Shown in pieces: positions 11,545 through 25,586 of a DNA stretch of 64,000 nt (positions within the stretch are counted from its first letter, which is position 1; each line of letters opens with the position of its first letter). The stretch covers positions 62,001 through 126,000 of the forward strand of contig JAXLNO010000446.1 in assembly GCA_038087875.1 (NCBI GenBank), written 5' to 3'. Under the pieces are notes generated by a model. That model saw only the letters and a program-made list of their open reading frames with translations. It searched no databases and was not told where the DNA came from. The stretch is from Malacoraja senta. Lineage: Eukaryota. Both the position numbers and the translations under genes were made by a program.

Positions 11545-11755
11545 TCTTGCCACAGATACACCGTAGAGAGTATTTTATCCAGATGCATCACAGCACGGTT
11601 TGGGAATAGCTCCATCCCAGACCGCAAGAAATTGCAGACAATTGTGGACGCAGCCCAGACCATCACACAAACGAACCTCCCTTCCATTGACTCCATCTAC
11701 ACCTCACGCTGCCTCGGCAAGGCCAGCAGCATCATCAAGGACCAGTCTCACCCCG
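11545..11755 (+). mobile_element. Rex1-like LINE fragment
   Basis: VESILSRCITARFGNSS..DRKKLQTIVDAAQTITQTNLPSIDSIYTSRCL. Confidence 0.7.
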
Positions 11756-12200
11756 ATATGTTGGCATCATGTTCAGCATGGACACTATGGGCCGAAGGGC
11801 CTGTTGCTGTACTGTACTGTTCTAGATTCTATGCTCTTTTAACAGTAACTGCCCCTTGAGATTTGTCCATAAGTGATAGAAGCAGAATTAGGCCATTCGG
11901 CCAAACAAGTCTACTCCGCCATTCAATCATGCCTGATCTATCTCTCCCTCCCAACCCCATTCTCCTGCCTTCTCCCCATAACCCCTGACACCCGCACTAA
12001 TCAAGAATCTGTCAGTCTCCGCTGAACAATATCTGTTATCACTATAAAAGTGCAAGATATACAACATCCACAGTGGATGCAGAGAACTCTATCATAGGTA
12101 CAACAAGCAGAACTAACTCAGCGGGTCAGGCAGCATCACTTGAGAAAAGGAATAGGTGATCTTTGGGGTCGTTACCCTTCTTCAGACTATATGGTTGTGG

Positions 12201-13250
12201 CACGCTGGCGCAGCGGTAACGTTGCTGCCTCACAGCGCCAGAGACCCAGGTTCCATCCCGTCTACGGGTGCTGTCTGGACAGAGTTTGTACCTTCTCCCC
12301 GTGATCTGCGTGGGTTTTCTCCGAGATCTCCTGTTTCGTCCCACTTATCTGTGGAATTCTTTGCCACAGACGGCTGTGGAGGCCAAGTCAGTGGATATGT
12401 TGAAGGCAGAGATAGATAGATTCTTGATTAGTGCGGGTGTCAGAGGTTATGGGGAGAAGGCTATTGAGGCAGTACAGCATAGGTTTACCAGGTTAATTCC
12501 CGGGATAGCGGGACTGTCATACGCTGAGAGAATGGAGCGGCTGGGCTTGTACACTCTGGAGTTTAGAAGGATGAGAGGGGATCTTATTGAAACATATAAG
12601 ATTATTAAGGGTTTGGACACGCTAGAGGCAGGAAACATGTTCCCAATGTTGGGGGAGTCCAGAAGCAGGGGCCACAGTTTAAGAATAAGGAGTAAGCCAT
12701 TTAGAACGGAGATGAGGAAACAGTTTTTCACACAGATAGTTGTGAGTCTGTGGAATTCTCTGCCTCAGAGGGCGGTGGAGGCCAGTTCTCTGGATACTTT
12801 CAAGAGAGAGCTAGATAGGGCTCTTAAAGATAGCGGAGTCAGGGGATATGGGGAGAAGGCAGGAACTGGGTACTGATTGTGGATGATCAGCCATGTTCAT
12901 ATTGAATGGTGGTGCTGGCTCGAAGGGCTGAATGGCCTACTCCTGCACCTATTGTCTATTGTCTATTGTTTAAGGCAGGAGAATGGGGTTAAGAGGGAGA
13001 GATAGATCAGCCACGATTGAATGGCGGAGTAGACTCGATGGGCCGAATGGCCTAATTCAACTTCTATGATCTTATGATCTTCCACACTCCAAAGACGTAC
13101 AGGTTTGTAGGTTAATTGGCTTGGTATGAATGTAAATTGTCCCTAGTGTGTGTAGGGTAGTGTCAATGTGCAGGGATATCTGGGAGGTGCAGACTCGGTG
13201 GGCAGAAAGGCCTGTTTCCGCGCTGTATTTCTAAACTAAACTAAACTAAA
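12201..13250 (+). mobile_element. HE1-like SINE containing a CR1 3' end, which contains a younger CR1 (about 12461-12968)
   Basis: The SINE resumes at about 13081 (TCCACACTCCAAAGACG); the outer CR1 resumes at AAGGCAGGAGAATGG after the inner CR1 tail. Confidence 0.75.
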
Positions 13251-13796
13251 AATAGCTGGAGGGGATTAGCAGGACAGGGAGCGGAGCTGATAACGCAAGA
13301 CTTGGTGGCTTGTCCCTGCTCCCACTTGTAACCCACGCCACACATGTGTCGGTCTGCCTGAGGGTGTTATGCTACCAGCCATGCCTTTGCCTCGCACGTG
13401 CTGTTTTGATTAGGCATCTGATCCTTAATCAGAAACAGCTCCAGACTCCCTGGGGCTTTTGTGTGCTGAGCTATTGCGGGCTTGCGGCACTGCTGGGAAT
13501 AACCCAGGGCATTGCTTTCAGGGGCCGGCCCGGTGTTTGTGTTGAAAGGGCAGTTCTAGCCCCTCGCGTCTCCTTCAGGAAATTCCAAGCTGTTAACCTT
13601 CCAGGGTCACTCTCTGCGACAGACGGCTTCTCCCCTTCAATACTGACCTCTGGCCACCGATCCCATCTTCTCATCTACCTTAGAGCTTACAAACTATTCC
13701 TCAACCACCCCTTCCAACACCCCATCCATCACAATCACTTCCACACTTTCCCCACACTCTTTGCAACATAGGAACACATTTAAAACAAAAAATAAA

Positions 13797-15680
13797 AAAC
13801 ATAGAAAAATAGGTGCAGTAGGCCATTGGGTCCTTCCAGCCAGTATCGCCATTCAATATGATCACGGCTGATCATCTAAAATCAGTACCCCGATTACTGC
13901 CTTTTCCCCATATCCCTTGATTCCGTCTGCTCAAAGAGCTATATCTAACTCTCTCTTGAAAACATCTAGTGAATTGGCCTCCACTGCCTTCTGTGGCAGA
14001 GAATTCCACAGATTCACAACTCTCTGGGTGAAACAGTTTTTCTTCATCTCAGTCCTAAATGGCTGACTTTTTTTCTTAAACTGTGACCCCTGGTTCTGGA
14101 ATCCCCCGACATCGGGAACATTTTTCCTGCATCTAGCCTGTCCAATCCTTTAAGAGTTTTATATGTTTCTATAAGATATCCTCTCATCCTTCTAAATTCC
14201 AGTGAATTTGACCCATTCTATCATCATATGTCAGTCCCACCTGCCCAGGAATTAACCTGCTGAACCTACGCTGCACCCCCTCAATAGCAATAATGTCCTT
14301 CGTCAAATTAGGGGACCAAAATTGCACACAGTACTCCAGGTGCGGTCTCACCAGGACCCTGTACAACTGCAGTAGGACCTCCTTGCTCCTAAACTCAAAA
14401 TCCTCTCGCAATGAAGGCCATAACCTTTCTTCACTGCCTGCTGTACCTGCATGCTTACTTTCAGTAACTGATGTACAAGCACACCCAGGTCTCGTTGCAC
14501 CACCTCCTCTTTCCCTAATCTGACACCATTCAGATAATAATCTGCCTTCCTGTTCTTGCCACCAAAGTGGATAACCTCACATTTATCCACATAATATTGC
14601 ATCTGCCATACATCTGCCCATGCACCCAACCTGTCCAAGTCACCCTGCAGCCTCATTGCATCCTCATCGCAGCTCACACTGCCACCCAGCTTTAATAGAC
14701 AATAGACAATAGGTGCAGGAATAGGCCATTCGGCCCTTCGAGCCAGCACCGCCATTCAAAGTGATCCTAGCTGATCATCCACAATCAGTACCCCCGTTCC
14801 TGCCTTCTTCCCATATCCCCTGACTCCGCTATCTTTAAGAACCCTATCTTGCTCTCTCTTGAAAGCATCCAGAGAACCTGCCTCCACCGTCCTCTGAGGC
14901 AGAGAATTCCACAGACTCACAACTCTCTGTGTGAAAAAGTGTTTCCTCATCTCCGTTCTAAATGGCTTACTCCTTATTCTTAAACTGTGGCCCCTGGCTC
15001 TGGACTCCCCTGACATCGGGAACATGTTCCAGCCTCTAGCGTGTCCAAACCCTTAATAATCTTATATGTTTCAATAAGATCCCCTCTTATCCTTCTAAAT
15101 TCATGAGTATACAAACCCAGCCACAAACATAGAGGTGTCACATTTAATTCCTTCAGCGCTGCTACCAAGTTGGTTGGCCCAATCTGTATGTAGATTAAAG
15201 TCACCCAAGATAACTGCTGTACCTTTTAGAAACATAGAAACATAGAAAATAGGTGCAGGAGTAGGCCATTCGGCCCTTCGAGCCTGCACCGCCATTCAAT
15301 ATGATCATGGCTGATCATTCAACTCAGTATCCTGTACCTGCGTTCTCTCCATACCCCCTGATCCCTTTAGCCACAAGGGCCACATCTAATTTCCTGTTTG
15401 ATGCTATCCCCAACCTCACGACTGCTGTTTGGTGGTCTGTATACAACTCTAACAAGCGTTTTCTACCCTTGGCTATTTTGTAGTTCTACTCATACCAATT
15501 CTACAGCATCCAAGCGAATGTCTCTCCTTGCTATTGCATTAATCTCCTCTTTAACTAGCAATGCCATCCCATCTCCTCTTCCTTTCTGTCTATCCTCCCT
15601 GAATATCGAATACCGCTCCATGTTGAGCCTTGGTCACCCTGGAGCCATGTCTCCGTAATCCCAACTATATCATATCCGTT
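13797..15680 (-). mobile_element. Cluster of nested CR1 fragments (RT, C-terminal and endonuclease pieces)
   Basis: Minus-strand motifs RLQGDLDRL, DKCEVIHFG, LVRPHLEYCVQFWSP, AVILGDFNLH; several CR1 tails. Confidence 0.8.
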
Positions 15681-15909
15681 AACATGCACGCATACTTGTT
15701 GACTCTACCCCCCCCCCCCCCACCGTTTAGTTTAAACCCCACCTGCCTGCCAGAATGTCAGTTCCCCTCCAATATATTGGTTATCTTTAAAGTTCACATG
15801 GAACGTATAAGCACAGGAACAGGCCATTCGTGTCGAACATGATGCCAAGACCAACTCTTATCTGCCCGTACGTAGACCTGAATATCCACGTGGCCACCTG
15901 AAAAATACA

Positions 15910-16316
15910 CACACAGTGCTGGAGTAACTCAGCGGGTCAGGCAGCATCTGTGGAGCGAAGGAAATGGGCAACCTTTCGGGCCGCAACCCTGAAGGAAATA
16001 GGCAACGTTTCGGGCCGAAACCCAGAAGGGTTTCGGGCCGAAACGTTGCCTATTTCCTTCGCTCCATAGATGCTGCCGGAACATGGATAGGTGACGTTTC
16101 ACAGAGTGCTGGAGTAACTCAGCGGGTCAGGCAGCATCTGTGGAGAACATGGATAGGTGACGTTTCACAGAGTGCTGGAGTAACTCAGCGGGTCCAGGCA
16201 GCATCTGTGGGGAACATGGATAGGTGACGTTTCACAGAGTGCTGAGTAACTCAGTGGGTCAGGCAGCATCTGTGGAGAACATGGATAGGTGCTGTTTCAG
16301 GTTGGGACCCTTCTTC
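15910..16316 (+). repeat. 66-bp tandem units plus composite core, Penelope-derived (copy 1)
   Basis: Unit GTGCTGGAGTAACTCAGCGGGTCAGGCAGCATCTGTGGAGAACATGGATAGGTGACGTTTCACAGA; core shared with about 22000 and about 59750. Confidence 0.85.
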
Positions 16317-17797
16317 TGACCCTCAATCTAAAAGGCTCTTAAACACCACGATGGCATCTGCCTCCACCACCACCCTTGGCAGCGCGTTCCAGGCACCCAC
16401 CACCTTCTGTATAAAGAACTTGTTCCGCACCTTTCCTTTAAACTTCGCCCCTCTCACCTTAAAGCTGCGCCATCTAGTCTTTGACAAAATCTAGTGTCTT
16501 AAAAAGTGATCCAAACTTCCATCCCTCCAGCAGCATTCCCGATGAGACGTCATGAATGTGAAAGACTCCTCCCTCCGTAGGAAATCTTTAAACTGAATAC
16601 TTGTAGAACTTGCACCATTTATGTTCTATTTTAGTTTGTTATTTCACATTTAATATACTGTTCCTCAGCCCACATTAATCTCCTCACCAAACTTAATTCC
16701 TGCTGTAAAAGGTGCAGAGAAGATTGACGAGGATATCGCCAGGACTCGAGGGCTTGAGCTCCAGGGAGAGGGTGGGCGGGCTGGCTGCTTAGGAGGGTGA
16801 GGAGTGATCTTATAGAGGTGTATAAAATCACTAGAGTAGGTAGTGTGAGTGCACAGTCTTATACCCCGTACAACGAGCCTCAGGAGTTTGTGTGGAAGAA
16901 GGAAGTGCAGATGCAGGTTTAAACCAAAGATGGACACAAAAAGCTGGAGTAACTCAGCGGGACAGGCAGCATCTGTGGAGAGAAGGAATGGGTGACCCTT
17001 TTCTCCAGAGAATCTGCCTGGCCCGTGAGTTACTCCAGCACTCTGTGTTTTGCTCGAGTTTCCAGCATCTGCAGTTCTTTGTGTGTCTAAAGCTCCACAC
17101 CACCCCGACCACACTCTCATCTTGCTGCTACCATGGGGAAGAATGTACAGGAGCCTGAAAACCGTGACCTCCAGGTTCAAGAACAGCTTCTTCCCAAAAT
17201 CCATCAGGTTGGCGAACACTGAACAACACTAACCTCAGCAACTATCACCTTCTGTGTCATAACTTCTAGCAGTGGATTGAGGCCATTGGGCCCCACTATA
17301 AAATTGTCCAACTTCCAGTATAGTCCCTGGGGGACTCTTGGGAAGGTACAAGGTACAAGTCTACACCGACTTTCAATCATGGCTGAATCTATCTCAACCC
17401 CATTCTCCTGCCTCTCCCCATAACCCCTGACACCTGTAATAATCAAGAATCTATCTATCTCTGCCTTAAAAATATCCACTGACTTGGCCTCCACAGCCGT
17501 CTGTGGCAATGAATCCCACAGATTCACCACCCTCTGGCTAAAGAAATTCCCTCCTCATTTTTCTAAAGGAACATCCTTATATTCTGAGGTTGCTCTATGG
17601 ACCAGGTTAGCAGGATTATGGTGCGATCACCTAGTATTTTGGATGATTAATTAGTTGTATTATTGAATATTTATCTGGGGAGTAATTTTGTTTACAGGCC
17701 GGCAACGCTGCTGCAAGGAAGAATGCCATTGTTCCGTTGCCAGTACATTTGACAATTAAACACTCAACTCTTCACTTTGCTCATTTTCTCCAATCCG

Positions 17798-17997
17798 NNN
17801 NNNNNNNNNNNNNNNNNNNNNNNNNNNNNNNNNNNNNNNNNNNNNNNNNNNNNNNNNNNNNNNNNNNNNNNNNNNNNNNNNNNNNNNNNNNNNNNNNNNN
17901 NNNNNNNNNNNNNNNNNNNNNNNNNNNNNNNNNNNNNNNNNNNNNNNNNNNNNNNNNNNNNNNNNNNNNNNNNNNNNNNNNNNNNNNNNNNNNNNNN
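17798..17997. other. Assembly gap of 200 N
   Basis: Run of N. Confidence 0.99.
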
Positions 17998-18151
17998 GGA
18001 ATAACTGTGCATAGTTCCTTGAAGGTGGAATCTTCCTTGAAGTTACAAAGAAAGGTTGAACAAGTTAGGTCTTTATTCTTTGGAGCGCAGAAGGTTAAGG
18101 GTGGACTTGATAGAATTAAGTCCACCCTTAACCTTTTAAAATTATGAGAGG

Positions 18152-18782
18152 GATAGAAACATAGAAAATAGGTGCAGGAGTAGGCCATTCGGCCCTTCGA
18201 GCCTGCACCGCCATTCAATATGATCATGGCTGATCATCCAACTCGGTATCCTGTACCTGCCTTCTGTCCATACCCCCTGATCCCTTTAGCCACAAGAGCC
18301 ACATCTAACTCCCTCAAATATAGCCAATGAACTGGCCTCAACTACCTTCCGTGGCAGAGAATTCCACAGATTCACCACTCTCTGTGTGAAAAATGATTTT
18401 CCCATCTCGGTCCTAAAAGACTACCCCCTTATCCTTAAACTGTGACCCCTTGTTCTGGACTTCCCCAACATCGGGAACAATCTTCCTGCATCTAGCCTGT
18501 CCAACCCCTTAAGAATTTTGTAAGTTTCTATAAGATCCCCCCTCAATCTTCTAAATTCTAGCGAGTACAAGCCGAGTCTATCCAGTCTTTCTTCATATGA
18601 AAGTCCTGCCATCCCAGGAATCGGTCTGGTGAACCTTCTCTGTACTCCCTCTATGGCAAGAATGTCTTTCCTCAGATTAGGAGACCAAAACTGTATGCAA
18701 TACTCCAGGTGTAGTCTCACCAAGACTCTGTACAACTGCAGTAGAACCTCCCTGCTCCTATACTCAAATCCTTTTGCTATGA
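18152..18782 (-). mobile_element. CR1 LINE 3' fragment of the subfamily closest to the intact 35-38 kb copy
   Basis: ORF 18421-18795 is nearly identical to the C-terminus of ORF 35247-38357. Confidence 0.85.
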
Positions 18783-19130
18783 ACAGAGTTGACATGGATA
18801 AGCTTTTCCCATTGAGAATAGAGAAGATTCAAACAAGAGGACATGATTTGAGAATTAAGGGACAGAAGTTTAGGGGTAACATGAGGGGGAACTTCTTTAC
18901 TCAGAGAGTGGTAGCTGTGTGGAATGAGCTTCCAGTGGAAGTGGTGGAGGCTGGTTCGATTTTATCATTTAAAAATAAACTGGATAGGTATATGGACGGG
19001 AAAGGAATGGAGGGTTATGGTGTGAGTGCAGGTAGACGGGACTAGGTGAGAGTAAGTGTTCGGCACGGACTAGAAAGGCCGAGATGGCCTGTTTCCGTGC
19101 TGTAATTGTTATATGGTTATATGTTATATG
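18783..19130 (+). mobile_element. CR1 LINE 3' fragment, distinct subfamily with (ATATGGTT)-like tail
   Basis: TRGHDLRIKG..FFTQRVVAVWNELP..FKNKLDRYM. Confidence 0.8.
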
Positions 19131-20897
19131 GTGTGTCTAATATCCGATGTAGGCAAGTTACTGCAGAGGATTCTGAGGCATAACATGGACAGGGGCTGAT
19201 TAGGGACAGTCAACATGCCATATAAGAAGTAGCCAAGAAGGTAAAGAGGCAGATGTTTTCGACGTGGATTGCAGCAAGACCTTTGATAAGCAATGGCCCA
19301 GCGGCAATCGCTGAGACACACCACTACCTCAGGCACATCACTGGTCCATTCCGTCACCTGCTGATCTCTGTATGGAAAAGAGATACAGCACAGAAAGGTT
19401 CTCTTCAGCCCACTGTGACCACCCTAACTTTCAATCACCCATCTCCACTAATCCTACATTCATCCCATTTCTTTATTCCCCTACTTTCTCATCAAATCTC
19501 CCTAGATTTCAGACACACATTCACCAAGTTCGTGGTCCACCTTGCAGTTATTATCTCCAGTTTAAGGAGGTCGTGGGGGGCAAGTGTTGTACACAGAGGG
19601 TGATGGGTGCCTGGGGAGGCGGACACAAGAGTGGCATTGAAGCACATGGATATGCATGGAATAGAGAACTTTAGATCGCATGCAGGCAGATAAGATCATG
19701 GTCTGGAGAAGGGTTCCGACCGGTAACGTCACCTGTTCCTTTTCTCCACAGATGCTGCCTGACCCGCTGAGTTACTCCAGCATTTTGTGTCTGCCTTTGG
19801 TATAAACCAGCATCTGCTGTTCCTTCCTACATGGGCAGATAAGGGTTGGTGTTGAGGTCATGTTCAGTACACACATTGTGGGCCGAAGGGCCTGTTTCTG
19901 TGCTCTATGTTCTATGTAATGCTAGTCAGTACTGCTTCCAGGACTGTTGTTTAATTGGCTCAGCCTTTCTCAACATGTTTCTTATTGAACTAACCACTGC
20001 CATACTGAGGATGTGGTTGCATTTTGACTTGCAGAGGAAATGTGGGTCAGTGGATGGGAAGGTTTATGTCTGAACAAGGATATGGACGACTGATGTGCAG
20101 AGGAAATGATCAAATTCGTAGAATACCAAAAGGCAAAGTAAAATGTGTGACTCACATGAGTCTGGATGTTCCACAGTAAAACTCACGCATGTTTCCCCAT
20201 CAATAACAAAAGGATTTCAAACAAATAACCCTTGCAATGAAGCAACGGTGAATCATTGCTTTCAACAATTTAAACATTTTGAACATGCCCTGCATTGGTC
20301 TAGACAAGATCAAAATGGGAAGAAAGGCACAATGGTCAAGTTGCACGGGACGCAGGGAGAGCTAGCCAACTGGAGAAAGAATAGACTTCATGAGGCCATT
20401 CAGTCATGGTCTACTTCACCATTCAATCATGGCTGATCTACCTCTCCCTCCTAATCCCCATTCTCCTGCCTTCTCCCCATAACCTCTGACACCTGCACTA
20501 ATCAACAATCTATCTATCACTGCCTTAAAAATATCCACTGACTTGGCCTCCACAGCCTACTGCAGCAATAAATTCCACAGATTCACCACCCTCTGGTTAA
20601 AGAAAGCAGAAGGTTACTTTATGGGCCGGAGGCCTGCGACTAGTGGTGTCCCCTGCATTGACTCTGAAAACCCAACACCGCGCACTGTTCTGCATTAAAC
20701 TCCATTAACCATTCATCAGCTCACTTGCCCGACAGTCTTCATTATCTCCCAGCCACTTTAGTGTCATTTGCAAACTTACTAATTGTGTCGAACATTCTCA
20801 TCTAAATCATCGATACCAACCACAAACAGCAGTGGGCCCAGCACCGAACCGTGACGCACACCACTAGTCACAGGCCTCATGGTTCGGCAAAATGACA

Positions 20898-21520
20898 TTA
20901 GACAATAGGCAATGGACAATAGGTGCAGGAGTAGGCCATTCGGCCCTTCGAGCCAGCACCACCATTCAATGTGATCATGGCTGATCATCCCCAATCAGTA
21001 CCCCGTTCCAGCCTTCTTCCCATATCCCCTCACTCCGCTATCTTTAAGAGCCCTATCTAACTCTCTCTTGAAAGTATCCAGAGAACCGGCCTCCACCAAC
21101 CTCTGTGGCAGAGAATTCCACTGACTCACAACTCTCTGTGAGAAAAAGTGTTTCCTCGTCTCTGTTCTAAATGGCTTACCCCTTATTCTTAAACTGTGGC
21201 CCAGGTTCTGGATTCCCCAAACTTCGGGAACATGTTTCCTGCCTCTAGCGTGTCCAAACCCTCAACAGTCTTATATGTTTCAATAAGATCTCCTCTCATC
21301 CTTCTAAACTCCAGAGTATACAAGCCCAGCCGCTCCATTCTATCAGCATATGACAGTCCCGCCATCCCAGGAATTAACCTCGTGAACCTACGCTGCATTC
21401 CCTCAATAGCAAGAATGTCCTTCCTCAAATTAGTGGGACTAAACTGCACACAATACTCCAGGTATGGTCTCACTAGGGCTCTGTACAACTGCAGAAGGAC
21501 CCCTTTGCTCCTGTACTCAA
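20898..21520 (-). mobile_element. CR1 LINE 3' fragment
   Basis: ORF 21189-21488: LVRPYLEYCVQF..RGDLIETYK, plus 3' UTR. Confidence 0.85.
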
Positions 21521-21736
21521 TCTTCCAACATTACTCTCTCTTCTTTGCATTTTCTATAGAAGTACCTGCCTAAATGATTTATAAATATTATAATTGTGCC
21601 TGAATCTATCATCTCCTCGGACAGGATATGCTCCGTATACCCACCACCCGCCAGAGTGGAACACCTCCCCTCAGAGCTAGGGGCAAATGGAACCATTGTT
21701 CCAACTTCTAACATCTGAAGAGTTGTCCCGCACCCA

Positions 21737-22290
21737 GACGTTACCTATCCATGTTCTCCACAGATGCTGCCTGACCCGCTGAGTTACTCCAGCACTCTGT
21801 GAAACGTCACCTATCCATGTTCTCCACAGATGCTGCCTGACCCGCTGAGTTACTCCAGCACTCTGTGAAACGTCACCTATCCATGTTCTCCACAGATGCT
21901 GCCTGACCCGCTGAGTTACTCCAGCACTCTGTGAAACGTCACCTATCCATGTTCCGGCAGCATCTATAGAGCGAAGGAAATAGGCAACGTTTCGGCCCGA
22001 AACCCTTCCGGGTTTCGGCCCAAAACGTTGCCTATTTCCTTCAGGGTTTCGGCCCGAAAGGTTGCCCATTTCCTTCGCTCCACAGATGCTGCCTGACCCG
22101 CTGAGTTACTCCAGCACTCTGTGAAACGTCACCTATCCATGTTCTCCACAGATGCTGCCTGACCCGCTGAGTTACTCCAGCACTCTGTGAAACGTCACCT
22201 ATCCATGTTCTCCACAGATGCTGCCTGACCCGCTGAGTTACTCCAGCACTCTGTGTCTTTTTTTTGTAAACCAGTACCTGCAGTTCCTTC
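21737..22290 (-). repeat. 66-bp tandem units plus composite core (copy 2)
   Basis: Reverse complement of the 15910-16316 structure, with about 6 units. Confidence 0.88.
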
Positions 22291-22369
22291 TATCCAGCTT
22301 CAGTGCTTTATTCCCTGACTAATTCCCAACCAGCCAGGGACAGATGTATCCATTGCCTGTTTTGCTTAG

Positions 22370-23245
22370 AGTGATACAACATGGAAACAGGCCCTTCGGC
22401 CCAACTTGCCCACACCGGCCAACATGTCCCATCTACACTAGTCTCACCTGCCTGCGTTTGGCCCATATCCCTCTAAACCTGTCCTATCCATATACTTTTC
22501 TAAATGTTTCTTAAACGTTGTGATAGTCCCTGCCTCAACTACTTCCTCCAATAGCTCATTCCATCCACCCACCACCCTTTGTGTAAAAAAGATACACTTA
22601 TTAAACCTTTTCCCCTTCACCTCAAACCTACGTCCGCTGGTTCTCGATTCTAATCTGGGCAAGAGACTCTGTGCATCTACCCGACCTATTCCTCTCATGA
22701 TTTTGTGCACTTCTATAAGATCTCCCCACATCCTCCAGCGCTCCAAGGCATAGATTCCCAGCCCACTAACTCTGGAGTATGATTAAAATCAGTGGAGTTA
22801 ATTCCCGGGATGGCGGGACTGTCATATGCTGAGAGAATGGAGCGGCTGGGCTTGTACACTCTGGAGTTTAGAAGGATGAGAGGTGGTCTTATTGAAACAT
22901 TATTTAGGGTTTGGACACGATTGAGGCAGGAAACATGTTCCCGATGTTGGGGGAGTCCAGAACTAGGGGCCACAGTTTAAGAACAAGGAGTAAGCCATTT
23001 AGAACGGAGCGAAGGAAACACTTTTTCTCACAGAGAGTGGTGAGTCTGTGGAATTCTCTGCCTCAGTTGAGGCCAGTTCTCTGGATACTTTCAAGAGAGA
23101 GCTAGATAGAGCTCTTAAAGATAGCGGAGTCAGGGGATATGGGGAGAAGGCAGGAACGGGGTACTGATTGGGGATGATCAGCCATGATCACATTGAATGG
23201 CTCGAAGGTCCGAATGGCCTACTCCTGCACCTATTGTCTATTGTT
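22370..23245. mobile_element. Two oppositely oriented CR1 3' fragments (about 22370-22765 minus; about 22796-23245 plus)
   Basis: ORFs 22444-22746(-) and 22792-23105(+) carry CR1 C-terminal motifs. Confidence 0.8.
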
Positions 23246-23920
23246 TCTTGATCTAGGAGAAGGTTGTCGACAGAAGCTTTCGTGGTGATACCCTATCATC
23301 CACTACTCTACTGCACAAAGCCAGACGCCTTCACCATATGCTGAAACAGCAGCTGCAGTCTCCACAGTGAAACACTGACCAGAGTAGATCGTGTTTGTCT
23401 CTGCTACTGCTAAACAAGGCAAAGAGACAGAATTATTCCGACTGATACAGGCTGCAGGAAAGTACATTGGCTTGAGAATGGTGGGTGACAGAAAGCACGT
23501 TAGCCTGTGTGACGGACACACACACACACCCTGACTGTGATTAGCTGAAAGCCTTAGTCCCCAAATGCCCTTTAAATGGATGCTTATCACTACCCTCAAC
23601 TTAATAGGTTTTTATCTAGGTTTGATTACCATTTGAACTTGCTAGATAGTGAGGTTAAGTGCCCCCTCCCTTGCCAAAGCTGCTGTGGAACTTAGACAGC
23701 ATGTCTAAACAGTGAAACACGGGATGTCAACTATTATATCAGCTTCAGGGATACAGCACAGAAACAGGCCCTTCGGCCCACCGAGTCCATGCCAACCACT
23801 GATCACCCCGTACACTCGCACTATTCCACACACTAGCGACACTTTACAATTAACCTACAAACGTACGGCTTTGGAGTGCGGGAGGGAAACCGGAGCATGC
23901 GGACAACTAAAAGAGCAGCA

Positions 23921-24430
23921 GGGTGGCGCAGCGGTAGAGTTGCTGCCTCACAGCGCCAGAGACCCGGGTTCCATCCTGACCATGAGTGCTGTCTGTACGG
24001 AGTTTGCACGTTCTCCCCGTGACCAAGTGTTTAAGGAGGAACTGCAGATGCTGGAAAATCGAAGGTACACAAAAATGCTGGAGAAACTCAGCGGGTGCAG
24101 CAGCATCTATGGGAGAAGAAGGGTTTCGGCCCGAAACATTGCCTATATCCTTCGCTCCATTCCTGCTGCACCCGCTGAGTTTTTCCAGCATTTTTGTGTA
24201 CCTCCCCGTGACCAAGTTGGTTTCCTCCGGGTGCTCCGGTTTGCTCCCACAATACGAAGACGTGCGGGCGTGCAGGTTAATTGGCCGATAAAATTGTCCC
24301 TAGTGTGTAGGGAGTGTATGAGAGAGTGAAATAACTTAGAACTTGTGTAAACGGGTGATCGTTGGTTGGCACGGGCTCTGTGGGCCGAATGGCCTGTTTT
24401 CATGCTGTATCTCTAAATAAAATAAACTAA
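23921..24430 (+). mobile_element. HE1-like SINE with a palindromic Penelope-derived insert (about 24028-24201)
   Basis: Head GGTGGCGCAGCGGTAGAG; the insert is flanked by a duplicated CTCCCCGTGACCAAGT. Confidence 0.8.
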
Positions 24431-24879
24431 AAGAAAGAAGAAATGTCACTAAAATGTCAATGGGCTGAGGACATCTTTGTAGTGCGGGAGAAAACCGGAG
24501 CACCCGGAGGAAACCCACGCAGTCACGGGGAGAACGTGCAAACTCCACACACAACCTGCTCAACCTCTCCCTGTAGCTCACACCCTCTAGTCCTGGCAAC
24601 ATCTTCGTACTCCAATCACTGTTTATGTGATCTCCATCTGTCTCCAGTACTAACCCGCTGGAGCAGCAACTATTACTGCTGCTGTGTGTTTGTGGGAAGA
24701 ATGTCATCTCTCCTCAGGGAGATGGGCCAGATACCAAAGATAAGCGTGGAAGTTAGGCAACCACGCATTCCTCAGCAAGCAGGCAGAGCCCCTGAGCAAA
24801 GCTGGTGTATTCGTGAATAATGGACAGATCGTCCGGTTGAAGATAGTTCGACGGTTTCCAATGTGCTAGATGGGACCTC

Positions 24880-25265
24880 AGCACTGCTCTCTAGTTGGTG
24901 AGAGGACGGTTCAGTTACCTGATAACAGCTGGAAAGAAACTGTCCCTGAATCTGGAGGTGTGCGTTTTCACACTTCTGTACCTTTTGCCCGATGGGAGAG
25001 GGGGGAAGAGGGAGCGGCCAGGGTGCGACTGGTCCTTGATTATGCTGCTGGCCCTTGCCGAGGCAGCGTGAGGTGTAGATGGAGTCAATGGAAGGGAGGT
25101 TGGTTTGTGTGATGGTCTGGCCTGCATCCACAATTTGCTGCAATTTCTTGTGGTCTTGGATGGAGCTGTTCCCAAACCGTGCTGTGACACATCCCGTTAA
25201 AATGCTTTCTCCGGCGCATCTGCAGAAGTTGGTGAGAGTTGTTGGAGACATTCCAAACTTCCCAG
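24880..25265 (-). mobile_element. Rex1-like LINE fragment
   Basis: LTNFCRCAGESILTGCVTARFGN..HPGRSLFPPLPSGKRYRSVKTHTSRFRDSFFP. Confidence 0.72.
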
Positions 25266-25586
25266 CATGGATCCTGATAACACATACCTCTTGCAAGGGG
25301 AAACTATCTGGAGAAACAGTCTCCAGACTAACATGCATAGATAGAGTACATTCACCACCTATTTCCCTGTATGGACAATTAAATACTAGAGGGCACAGGT
25401 TTAAGGTGAGAGGGGAAAGTTTAAAGGTGATGTGCGGGGCAAGTGTTTTACACAGAGGGGGGTGGGGACCTGGAACGTCCTGCCAGGGGTGGTGGTGGAG
25501 GCAGATACCACAGTGGTGTTTAAGAGTCTTTCAGACAGACACATGGATATATAGGGAATGGAGGGACATGGATCACGTGCAGGCAG

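Noticed and set aside
17737..18227. ORFs spanning the N run
   Set aside because: Artefacts of the assembly gap.
21737..22255. 66-bp and 79-bp arrays as CRISPR arrays
   Set aside because: Units are head-to-tail with no unique spacers, there are no cas genes, and they derive from eukaryotic transposons.
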